A DNA stretch of 64,000 nucleotides from Lytechinus pictus (Eukaryota): the NCBI RefSeq assembly GCF_037042905.1, contig NC_087245.1, forward strand, positions 6,388,001-6,452,000, given 5' to 3'. The translations under genes and the position numbers were made by a program. Shown here in pieces: positions 28,701 through 38,916 of this stretch (position 1 is its first letter; each line of letters starts with the position of its first letter). The notes under the pieces were generated by a model. The model saw only the letters and a list, made by a program, of their open reading frames with translations, had not been told where the DNA came from and made no database searches.

Positions 28701-31700
28701 GAAACAACAACAGGACCACCAGGAACTCCAACTCAACCTCCTGAAACAACAACAATTCCCCCAAGAACTACCACTAAACCCCCGGAAACAACCACAGGAC
28801 CACCAGGAACTACCACTCATCTACCTGAAACAACAACAAGATCACTTGAAACTACCATTCAAGTGACTCAACCATCTGCAGCAACAACAGGTTTGAATAT
28901 GCATGTATGAATTATGCAAGTGCAAATCATGAGCTAAAATTTTGGAGATAAGACACAAAAACTGGGCATTTTACTTTCTTCTTGTAGTCATGAAATTAAA
29001 GCTTATCTTACTAAACACTTAATACGGTGGCGAAGTCGTGATATAGTGATATGCAAAAGGATATTTCTAGGAATTCATCAAGAAAATACACATCGCACTA
29101 ATCAAATAGTGAAGTGTGAGCCAATTTTTTTTATTCACACCTGAAAACAAACATTTTATATACATTTACGAAAATAATTAGCAGATACTTCTGTCAGTAT
29201 GTAAACCAACCATAATGCATGACTTCAAACTTTATTGTGTCCCTACCCTTATTCATTTCTTTCTTTTTTGGGGGGAGGGGAGACTTGTTGGCCTGCTTGC
29301 TTGCATGCAACTTTTTCATAGACTGTGTCCCTTAGTGTTTTCTACTCATTATACACCCCTGCATTGAATGAAAGTATATTTTTTCAATATACTCTAGCTT
29401 CCTTGCACTATGCAACATTGTAAAGTTATATAGGTCTTTAAAGGGGAAATTCCTTGTGTATGGTTTTAGCAGTTTTTGTCTAAATGAACAAATTATTACA
29501 AAACCTTACTAACAATAACACATTGCGTTTCTTCCACACACCCTGAAACCAGAAAATGTTACAACATTCACGACTGTCGCTACAACTTCATTGGTTACCA
29601 CTCTACCACCCACTGAATGCGTCCCACGTGTAATGAGTTCTCCAGCGAATGTCTCCTACAATGGTTGTGTACCTATACAACCAATTTATTTGGAAGAGTG
29701 TGCTGGAACATGTGACTCTAGTTACTCCATGGAGGTATGATTTTAACCACAATTCTAATTCTTAACTCAAATTGTACTTGTTAATACATGATTTTTGAAG
29801 CACAGTTGTCCATGGTTTATCTGTTTATATCTAATATTTTGCATGGGGAGAGCTACTCTACATTTAAATCATTTAACTCCTACAGGACTTGGAGTGCATG
29901 ATGGCCAAATTAGAGATTGAACATACAAGCATTGGAAGTCAAATGACTTTTTTTAACACTTTGAAAATACACTCATTTCATGATCAATGGCAGTTAAGAT
30001 TCATTAAGAGGTGTTTCTTAATTTGTCAATGGAGCATCAAATGTTAAAAACTTTGTTGCATCCCAAATTACCATATCCTTGTTTCGTTTTCCTTAATTAT
30101 TGCAAATCAACTTACAGCTTGGATGGACTTTATTTCTTAATTAAGGCAAAGTCCATTATCATGAATTGAGATAAAACAAACTTAATACTGAAAAATTAAA
30201 AAAGATTATAATATGAAATGGTATTTGTTATGTCAACATTTATCTTTCTGCCATTCAAGGAGCGGTATGCAAGTGATAGAGTCGATGGTATCAAATACTC
30301 ACGATGACTCCCTTCCCCCTCCCCGTGTAAGAAAGCGGTCATAACAGTGCTGTACAAAGCTGCTTTTATATTAGAAATTTGCAGTCAAACTCGAATGCCT
30401 AGTTCACACTTGCAGGCATTGTGTATGGTGCCCGTATTACCCCGCATTAATGCATGCCAGTGTGGGACAACTTGGTATGACTTACCTGTATCAGTGCACA
30501 AATATGTCCTGACACATTCACGACATAGTTGCGACATGTTTCCGCATTGCCTTGCATAATTCACGTAACATTCAAGCATTGTCCTGACATACATTCAGTG
30601 AACAATCTTGCATCCTATTATATGACGTATGGCACAAATTTCGATATTCCGTTATGGTCTTTATGTCATGTCATGACTTTGATTTGAAATTTTAATTCCT
30701 GTTCAGTAGGAAATGAATTATTGTAAAGGGTCCAATCAGGGTCCTCACAAATTCTAAGAAGCCCTTTTTATCAAACAATATGTCCTGCATATGAACTATT
30801 TTATTTCATCCATCCTAACATCAATTTCAAAATCAATGATGAAGTTGAGGATGATGAGGAGTATCTGGACCTTTCTGTCATAGCCACATCATGATCATTT
30901 ATTTCAGTTGTCTTGTTTATTTTTCTTCCATATTTCATTGCAATTATATGTTGTTAGCTTCTTATTATTTCAGAATAAAGTCAGACCAACGAACGCTGAG
31001 GGCAGCAACAATGCAAAGTGTTGACGCCCTCTATGATCATTGATCAGGATCACTTGCAGGGCTCACATGAGTAATTCAATCTGCCATTTACTTACGTGAT
31101 AAATCATATCTCATTAAAAAAATCATAAAATATCAACCCCTCGATAGATTTCCCTTTAATTCACTGATATTAATCACAATGAATAGTACAACAAAATCAG
31201 ACGTGTTAATCTGGTACTTGTCCAGCTCAAACAAAATTTAAATGGCCTGCAATAAGACTAACCATAATTTCAGTCAATTCGCTGCAAGAAAAACCGGAAA
31301 TGCAATGTGGATAATAATAATTAAAATCAAACAAAAAAATGCAGTCTAGCATCTCCAAAGGCCCTAATTATGAGTATGAGCATAGCATTATTTCTATCAT
31401 TTATATTTTGATATGCAAATATTTTGTCTATTTTTCATGATTTATTCTAATCAATAAAGTCATGTGATGTTGACTTATGCCTATCCAGAATGCATTACAC
31501 CAGTATGAATGACTCATGTGTGCCCTACATTGATCATTTGGTTTGGATATGTAACCTTTGCGCTTATCATTTCCGAACTCATTTTGCGCCAGAAAATGTC
31601 TATTTCGACGCCACATAATTGCACGTATTGGCAAAGCTATGTTGATAAGTTATGCACTGTTTACGAATAGTTCACAAATTTATAATGCATGCCCAAATTT

Positions 31701-34149
31701 TCAACATTTTGAACATTTTTGCATACATTCACTCACTGCCATGCCCGTCCCGGTAGCATGCATGATCCCTGTATATTGGCACACATGAGTGCATGCCCGT
31801 GCGCAAACTATGTGAGAATGTCTATTTGTTGGAACCATAATGCGTGCAAGTGTCAACAGGGCTCGACAAACTGACTCCTACCCTTGGTGCCATGGGCATA
31901 AAACATTCCCAATATACTTGTGTGTTAAAATGGCACTTCTATAAAAATCATAAAAAATAAATGTGAAAGTAGAGGGTCAAGTGTTTACTACCATTGGATA
32001 GGATATATATCTGACATTACATATCTGACCAGAAAAGGGTATCGTAGACAGCTCATTTTAAAAATAAACCGTCATTTATGAAGATAGCTATGATGGGATC
32101 AAATTCATCTCCTGAAACAGTAAAATAGCCCTGATTCTTCTGCCAGTCAAAAAATAGTTCCAAAGTCATTGATACATGTACATCTTCCCAATTTGGGCGA
32201 AGGTAATTCAGTAGTTACCATTTCTAGAATCAGTGTTAGATTTTCCAATCATATTCATACACTTTTGTCAGTTAGCAATATCAAATTTAAAAAAATTTGA
32301 ATGGGTTGGGTCAAACGAATATCTTTCGCCTTCCTGTTGTAATTAGGCTCATGGCACCCCTAACAATGGTACGATAGCTCCAATCGGTCTAGGGAGTGAT
32401 TTTTAGAAAAAACACTGGGATCCTTACTCTGACAAATTCTGTTTTATCTGACAGTTACTGTGGCAATAGTCAGACAGTTGTGCCTCTCAGCCAATCAAAA
32501 TCATAGAAGTTGTCAGGCAAAAAAAATGATGATGAAATGTTTTCCTTGATCCTGTTACATTGATGTGGCTTAGGTCAACATAGCTTGATTTTCCTTGAAT
32601 GATGTAAAACACAATTTGACTCCTTATACACATGTATATGAAATATTCATTTTTGACACCTTAAGTGTTATTCAATGGACAGTTTCTCTTTTTATATCAA
32701 ATGAATTCAATTTAAGAAAAAAACAATAGTGATTCAATAAAATTTGTTAATTGATTGACTCCCTCATTTCTGTACTGTACATGCTTTACCATTTATCACC
32801 ATTTCATGAAACTTAGCAGAACTTAAAAATACCAAACTTAGTGATCTTACATCCAGTTTTGATTGATTTTGGGAGACAGTGCTATGCCTCTAGTCTCGAT
32901 CTCTCTCTACCCCTCCCCCATCTCACTACCTCTTTATTAAAATTGACTTAATGTATAGATGGATTTTTTCCTTTTCACTGAACTCTCTGGCCCATATTCT
33001 GATAGCAGGTTTAACTTAAACTCAGGTTTAAAGTTGTGGTTTAAGTATTGATAGCCAATTGTTACATAAATCACTAACAGTAGAGAAATCATATTTCAGC
33101 TCATTTGGCTCTCAAATCATTCATAATTGTCTGGGAAGTATAAATAGATGATTGACTTCACCATCGATGAATCAGGGAAGAGCACAGTAAACATAAGAAA
33201 CATACAACTTAATAAATCTTTTGATACTTTTGGCTTCCCATATTTAAAGGGAAATGAAACCTTTGGAACAAGTGGGCTTGTGTGTAAACAGAAAAATCAA
33301 AGAAGAAGTTCAAAGAAAGTTTGAGAAAAATCAGACAAATAATGAGAAAGTTATGAGCATTTGAATGTTGCGATCACTAATGCTATGGGGATCCTCCGAT
33401 TGGCAATGCGACAAAGATGCGTGATGTCACATGTGAACAACTTTCCTGTTGATGGACTATAAAATACCCCCAAAATGTCTCTTTTTGTTCTTTCGTATGG
33501 TGATACCAACTCTTTTCCATAATGTATTCTTTGAAAATCTGTATTACATGCCCTCCTATAGAAAGAATACATGATATACTGATAGATGTGATAAAAGAGG
33601 CAGTTTAAGTGAAATATATACTAAAGTAACGGGAAAGTTGTTCACAAGTGACATCACACATCTTTATCGCATTGCCAATGGGAGGATCCCAATAGCATTA
33701 GTGATTGCAATATTCAAATACTCATAACTTTCTCATTATTTGTCTGATTTTTCTCAAACTTTTGTTGATCTGTTTCTTTAATTTTTCTTTTTTCACACAA
33801 GCTTTCTTGCTCCAAGGTTTCATTTTCCTTTAACTTTAAAGTTAAGTTAAACCCGACTTCAGAATATGGGCCTCTATGTCTAATGATAAAGGCCTTGAAT
33901 TGAAAATATATAATTTATTATAATATATTTGTTATAATTTCTACCCTATGACAGGTTGTGGATGGTCAGCTCAAACCACATTCCTATTGCACTTGTTGTC
34001 AACCTCACTCTGTTACAGAACAGTCCTATGAGGCATCATGTCCTGATGGGTCTAACATGACCATTTCTGTTCCTGTTATCACAAGCTGTACCTGTACTCC
34101 AATGGACTGTCCCACTAAAATCAACTTTGCATGGCTTTCACCACATTGA
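55..34149 (+). CDS. Gel-forming mucin (vWF D-assembly / PTS / CTCK), 5'-truncated by the window; 19 exons
   Basis: Exons with AG/GT borders and continuous phase: 55-197, 725-878, 2079-2331, 2671-2717, 4439-4770, 6093-6237, 6753-6917, 7579-7746, 8349-8595, 9699-9986, 10637-10683, 13625-13828, 16492(or 16501)-16679, 17259-17366, 17974-18259, 21005-21229, 21457-28890, 29553-29734, 33955-34149 (TGA). Motifs: VWD ([23 protein letters not shown]), C8 ([15 protein letters not shown]), TIL, Pro/Thr repeats, CTCK. Confidence 0.93.
910..1965. mobile_element. Tc1/mariner-like MITE (degenerate), same family as 18855-19662, with a short CGAACC repeat array at ~961-1065
   Basis: AGTGTGTTTCAATAAAAAAGTTTACAC...GTGTAAATTTTTTATACATACTG ends; internal similarity (ATCTGAGGACATAA) to 19213. 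Confidence 0.5.
2870..3227 (+). mobile_element. tRNA-derived SINE, 5'-truncated
   Basis: B-box GTTCGAATCCC at 2878-2888, CCTTGGGCAAGG core, (TCAA)n tail at ~3212-3227. Confidence 0.55.
3407..4095 (-). mobile_element. LINE (CR1/L2-group) remnant: RT C-terminal fragment plus 3' end
   Basis: ORF 3838-4119(-) [29 protein letters not shown]...[14 protein letters not shown] is typical of the RT thumb region; (ATTTG)n tail at ~3407-3420. Confidence 0.75.
4439..10683 (+). CDS. Mucin exons 5-11: VWD-C8-TIL (D2-like) plus TIL'/E' (D')
   Basis: [20 protein letters not shown] (4439-4770); [17 protein letters not shown] (6093-6237); C8 at 7579-7746; TIL at 8349-8595; second TIL at 9699-9986. Confidence 0.92.
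10764..12820. mobile_element. Non-autonomous Tc1/mariner-like DNA element inserted in a (TA)n tract
   Basis: TIR CACAACAAAAAAAGTAAGTCCCCCCT / AGGGGGGACTTACTTTTTTTGTTGTG with TA on both sides; no transposase ORF. Confidence 0.75.
13625..21229 (+). CDS. Mucin exons 12-16: D3-like assembly (VWD with GDPH, C8, TIL)
   Basis: [26 protein letters not shown] (13625-13828); [10 protein letters not shown] (17259-17366); [28 protein letters not shown]...WRTNDLC|PMQCD (17974-18259 joined to 21005-21229). Confidence 0.92.
14153..15118 (+). mobile_element. Helentron-associated (HINE/DINE-1-like) non-autonomous element
   Basis: Subterminal IR GTCTCACCTGCA (14155) / TGCAGGTGAGAC (~15086), 5' partial IR GTGAGAC (~14174), (GGC/GAC)n microsatellite, ~160-190-bp central repeats, inserted in a T run with no TSD. 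Confidence 0.7.
15119..15850. repeat. ~58-bp tandem repeat, ~13 copies
   Basis: Unit GCTACCATTTTTTCATCAGCGCTTGGGCATTGAAGGAATGAATCCTGCCAGGTGCCTA; the first copy (from 14143) is split by the HINE. Confidence 0.92.
18723..20124. mobile_element. Kolobok-like MITE with a nested Tc1-like MITE (18855-19662)
   Basis: Outer ends AAGGGGTACT...AGTACCCCTTTAA; inner CAGTGGGTATCAATAAAAAGTTTACACTTAG...CTAAGTGTAAACTATTTTTGATATGCACTG. Confidence 0.6.
20129..20979. mobile_element. Kolobok-like MITE
   Basis: TTAA-GGATGTTCCACAGTTA...TAACTGTGGAACGTCC-TTAA; ends 25 nt before mucin exon 16. Confidence 0.7.
21457..28890 (+). CDS. Mucin PTS (O-glycosylation) domain, single 7,434-bp exon of 42-nt tandem repeats
   Basis: Acceptor caacag at 21456, donor gtttga at 28891. 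Uninterrupted frame (ORF track 21666-28910). 14-aa unit [14 protein letters not shown] made of two 7-aa halves. Confidence 0.93.
29553..34149 (+). CDS. Mucin C-terminal cystine knot (CTCK), exons 29553-29734 and 33955-34149
   Basis: ECVPR...NGCVP...ECAGTCDS...YCTCCQP...SCPDG...SCTCTPMDC: 11 Cys with CxGxC, CxCC and CxC, then TGA. Confidence 0.9.
30397..31862. mobile_element. PIF/Harbinger-like non-autonomous element
   Basis: Imperfect TIR GCCTAGTTCACACTTGCAGGCATT / AATGCGTGCAAGTGTCAACAGGGC. Confidence 0.45.
32989..33872. mobile_element. Harbinger-like MITE (3-bp TSD TCT) with a nested palindromic Kolobok-like MITE (33248-33829, TTAA TSD)
   Basis: TCT-GGCCCATATTCTGA...TCAGAATATGGGCC-TCT; inner TTAA-AGGGAAATGAAACC...GGTTTCATTTTCCT-TTAA with long inverted arms. 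Confidence 0.75.
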
Positions 34150-35021
34150 TTATTTTTTACTGTGGACCACTTTTTCTCTCTTATGGTGATTGGGGCTCCA
34201 TGATCTCAAAGGAATATAATTATTGTTTATTCACAGTATTGCATTTTCAACAGCAAGTGTCAGTGATGCTCAATGAATAGCAAATAAGTCTTTTGATCCA
34301 AAGCTCTCGCGGAATTACATCGATTTTGTTCTTGCTAAATCAGATTTTTTTCCGAAATGGTTTACTGTTATCCAATATGAAACATCTTCACATTACCCAT
34401 AATGCTTCTAGCTGTCAATCTTCCTTGAAAGTCCTACATAGTCTTCGTTGAATGCATTGCATATATTGTCCCAACCTTGCATACCTTTATAATTATATAG
34501 AGAGATCTGTATCACGCTGCTCATGGAAAGAATTTGCAAGCTTATTGAAGTATTCTTGAATTATTGATAAACATATTGACCAGTTTAGAATACACTAACC
34601 CCATGAAATGAATTTATGGATATAATGTAACTCTTTTCATTGTTCTGAGCATTGAATATAAGATTATTTGTTACATCAGGTCGATTGCAATGTGTGATAA
34701 ATACGTTGCTCATAATCGTAACAATATTAATATAAAACTTACTATGAGAGAGATAATAGAAATTTCATCAATGGCGTAAATCCAAGCGGTGAAGCTATTG
34801 TTCAGGAGTGGATGAACTATTGTTTCATCCCCCCACTTGAATAGTATGACGTCATGGATTTACGCCAATGACTGATATTGATAATGATGATGATGACGAT
34901 GATGAGTACTTGATCATTTTTTTTTTCATTTAAAAATAGTTTACTGCATATTGTACCTTTCATTTTACCTAATGTACTATAGTATTATACTTTACTAATG
35001 GATCTGTAAATCATCATGAGG

Positions 35022-35027
35022 AATAAA
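35022..35027 (+). terminator. Candidate polyadenylation signal of the mucin gene
   Basis: AATAAA about 870 nt after the stop codon; no transcript evidence. Confidence 0.35.
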
Positions 35028-35689
35028 ATCATTATCTCCAAATGCATTTAGAGTCAAAGGCAGTTCTCATCAGAATTCAGCAGTCTTCTGTGCGATCTAT
35101 TCATGATGCGTTGTAGTTTGTTTGCTCGACCCTATATTAAATAATTTTACAATTTAATCCTTAGACTAATTTAAATGAAAAGAGGAAAGCAATTGAATGG
35201 TCACTGAAATGGGATAAGAACAAATGCTAGTACCGCATTTTAAAACTTTACATTTCCCCAAAGTTTGTTAACAAACTGTGTCCAGTTGATGTCCTAAATC
35301 AAAATTTATGTCTACTTTTGTCATATGACATAAATAAACTTTCTTCTCAGAAATGAAAAATATGGTAATATTGTTTGCATACTTATGAAATGTGTAAATT
35401 CATTGTTATTAAAGAAATGATAGGAGAGATGATGCAGAAATCAGGAACATTGAAAAAAAAAATCTCTGTACCTTTAATTATTATGGTGGGTTAAACAAAA
35501 CTCATAGGCCCCATAACACAAAGGTTGGTGATTCATCACTAATTTGAAATTGGCCTATCAAGATCTTTGTTGCATGCGCATTTAACTCAGTAGACTAGGA
35601 ACCAATCAGAATTGTTCTTTCAAATTAGCAATTAATCACTAACTCTTGTGTTGAGTCAGAACTCAATTCCAATATTTTAACCGTTACAA

Positions 35690-37520
35690 TGAAAACTGTA
35701 TCCAGTTAAATCAATACTTGCTGGTATTGCAGTGTTGGTTTTATAATGTTTATTCAACCATATATAGCCAATCACTTGATATCAGTCCCGGTTAAAGATG
35801 TTGACCATACTATTTCAAAATGATTTGAAATGGTAAGTTTTTCGCTTAATTTTACACTTATTTCGTAAAATTTTAATAGAACTTCACAAATTCATAGTTG
35901 TTGAATCTTTATGTTTATTGAAAGATCACTTTCTATCTGAAAGAAAAATAATACCGTGAAGCCTCTATATGATAGTGTGTTCTTGAGATGTCTGTCTACC
36001 AAGTTCAAGAGATGCTAGATCTACTATTGATGAAGATTGATTTATTGATTCGATAACAGAATAACATTCATGTCCTGTCAAGCTCTCTCTGGACAAAACT
36101 ATTTACATATCATTTATTTATTTCATTGATAAAAACCGTGTATCATAACTTAAACTTTTCATACAAGACGCTCGTGAAAACTCATCTCATCAAATTATTT
36201 TTTCAGAGTCATCGAAATGAGAATATTCCACTAGGCTTTATGATCGTGAAATTTTGTGAGATATATTCCGCTTTTGATTTTGACAAGTATAAATATGAAG
36301 AAATTAAATCTTGTTCCACACTCAATCCAAAGTTGTTTTTTCTTCTTTTATCTATTCCATCGTCTTTAAACGTGGGTTCTATTTTTATTCCTGACATTTT
36401 TAGCTCTCTGTCTAGAAAAAGCAAGTTTTATGAAATGATTGACTAATTGCTCTTTTTCTTGTTCCCCTAATTTTATTCCAATAAATAGTCCAACCTAACT
36501 TAAGTTAGACATGATTATGAAGTTAAAATACTGTAACAGCTGCTCCATAAGATCTTATGAATTTTAATTAAAACAAATAAATGACGGCGAGAAGTTTCCT
36601 TTTCCTTTTTTTTTTACAGAATCTATGTATAAATCTTAATCTTTCCAAATGAATGCGAATGTTTGATTTGTATAAACAATACCGTACAATAAAACTCCCT
36701 CAATCGGCTATTGATGTTGTCTTGGTTTAAAAAAAATCAATATCTTTATCTGCAAATCCATAATGACACCTTAATTCTTGAGGAAACGCTAGGATCATTT
36801 TGGAATTGATGGTTGTTTGTATATTTTTTTTTAAAACTGATTATAAACATGAGAAAAAGCTATACTGGAGCAATATCTTCAGGAACAATATCGCCATCTT
36901 TTTTATGTTTCTATCCAGCTGAATGGAAGCGTCTTTATTAATTCCAAGTCATTATTCAACCCTTGCTGTTAAAAGTATAAATATTATCATAAGTTCCGAT
37001 TTATGATACATTATAAGTTTTAAGACTGGATTATTCGAAGACTGGATTATATACTGGGGGTTTCAGGTATTTCAGGGGGAGAATGTAATACTGTAAAATG
37101 ATACCTTCATTGTTACATGATCACTCAGCAATATCAATTTTACTCATGTGGTCAAACCCGCAATGAGTCTGGATACTGCAAATTTAATAACTGTTGAGAG
37201 GGACGAAGTATATGAAAAGGAAAAAATAATTCGTTTGAAACGGAGGTCATCCAAATGTATAACGATACGGGACTGTGTAAAAATTGAAAATTTGAAGTAT
37301 AATGAAAGTAGGCGCTAGACAGAAAGACAAGAAATTGTAAAATTAGAACTTCAACGAAGGTTTAGTAATAGGAATAAAGATTTTACTTTCTATAGCATGC
37401 AAAAGAAGTAAACTAAAAACAATTTATACCGTTCTCTTGATGAAGGTGTAACAATCAGATCCTAAGCGTCATGGTATGAAAATAAAAGTCGAGAAAGCGA
37501 AACTGCATATTTTTTTGTTT
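35690..37520. mobile_element. Highly decayed L1/Tx1-like ORF2 fragments
   Basis: + strand RLDY...DHSAI...GYCKFNN (endonuclease end, ~37020-37190); - strand RT-like SLTGTDIK (~35770-35795) and GFTVLFF (~35945-35965). Many stops and frameshifts. Confidence 0.4.
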
Positions 37521-38439
37521 TAAGGATGTTTTTATTGTTTTCTCTCAAATCAAAATACACATTTCATAAACAAGTTCTTTGAAATACGATTATAACTTTT
37601 ACAATAAATCCATATCTCATATAATTATACATCAAACTTCAAAGATACTGGAAATTAATACTGATGCGTTTCAACAATTACACAATGAAATATTAACAAG
37701 ATGTATCAAATGACAAGAGGGAAAAAAATCAAATGACAAGAGAGAAGAAATAAATTTGAATAAATGATCGATTCCATTGGGAATATGTTCTTAATGTATA
37801 AATCATGTATAATGTATAATTGTCATTCACTTATAAAAGTGAATGACATTTAAAATCAATGGAAAAATATGGACGCTTTGAATAAAATCAGAAAAGTTCA
37901 TAACACTCAGAGGCAGGATTAAGCAATGATTTTAGGTTTCTCCCAATAATGACACTCGGGGAAAATATTGGGAAAGAATAAAGAAGAGAGAGAAAAAAGG
38001 GATAAAAAAGAGAACAGAATCAACGGAAGAGGAAGAAATGGATTCGAAAGCAAGAGAAAAGGAAAGGAGATGAAAAGGGAAAATATAATTTCCCCCTTCG
38101 TTCCGTATACACTCTTTAAACTAACCAAAGTTGACTAGATGGAAAAGGCCAACTGTATTTTAGTCATATATCATTTTTCAGTCGTATTTCACTCCTTTTG
38201 TAGTCATATTTTACTAAAACACATTCATGTATACAAAAAACATTGACTAGACATAAGCAGTACCCATCTGACCACTGATCTAGTCAATTTTGAATGGCCT
38301 ACCATTCTTCTTGGCCTTTACATTTTTTAAAATTTCTTTATTTCTGCTGATGACATTTGAAAATTTGCCCACAGCAAAATTGAACGGGAGTGTCACCCCA
38401 CACACACCCTCACATACCATGAGTTAAAATGTCAGTCGT

Positions 38440-38916
38440 CTGATGGGGTTAGGCGTCCTAGATCATCATGGTTAAACCTATTTGGTCTGCATGCAGATGG
38501 TCTCATTCTCAGATTGTCTAACACCATCATTGCTATAACCATTTGGTCTTCCAGCAGATAGCCTATTACTCAGATCGTCAAACACTATCATTGTTAAACC
38601 CACTTGGTCTACCTGTAATGAGCAGATCTAATTCTCAGATTGTCTAACACTATCATTGTTAAACCTACTTGGTCTACAAGCAAATGGTCTCATTCACAGT
38701 TCATCTAACACCATCATAGCTAAACCCACTTGGTCTACTAGCAGATGGTCTAATTCTCAGATCATCTAACACCATCATTGTTAAACCTACTTGATCTACA
38801 AGCAAATGGTCTCATTCACAGTTCATCTAACACCATCATAGCTAAACCCACTTGGTCTACTAGCAGATGGTCTAATTCTCAGATCATCTAACACCATCAT
38901 AGCTAAACCCACATGG
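38440..38916. repeat. ~59-bp tandem repeat, ~8 copies
   Basis: Unit CTAACACCATCATAGCTAAACCCACTTGGTCTACTAGCAGATGGTCTAATTCTCAGATCAT; a related copy resumes at ~42646. Confidence 0.85.

Noticed and set aside
21450..28820. Many minus-strand Cys/Trp/Ser-rich ORFs ([14 protein letters not shown]) resembling keratin-associated or metallothionein-like proteins
   Set aside because: They are the antisense reading of the ACA/CCA-rich PTS repeat, with no independent gene structure.
23185..28866. Gln/Leu-rich + strand ORFs ([14 protein letters not shown])
   Set aside because: Alternative-frame shadows of the same repeat; only the Pro/Thr frame is open throughout and in phase with the flanking exons.
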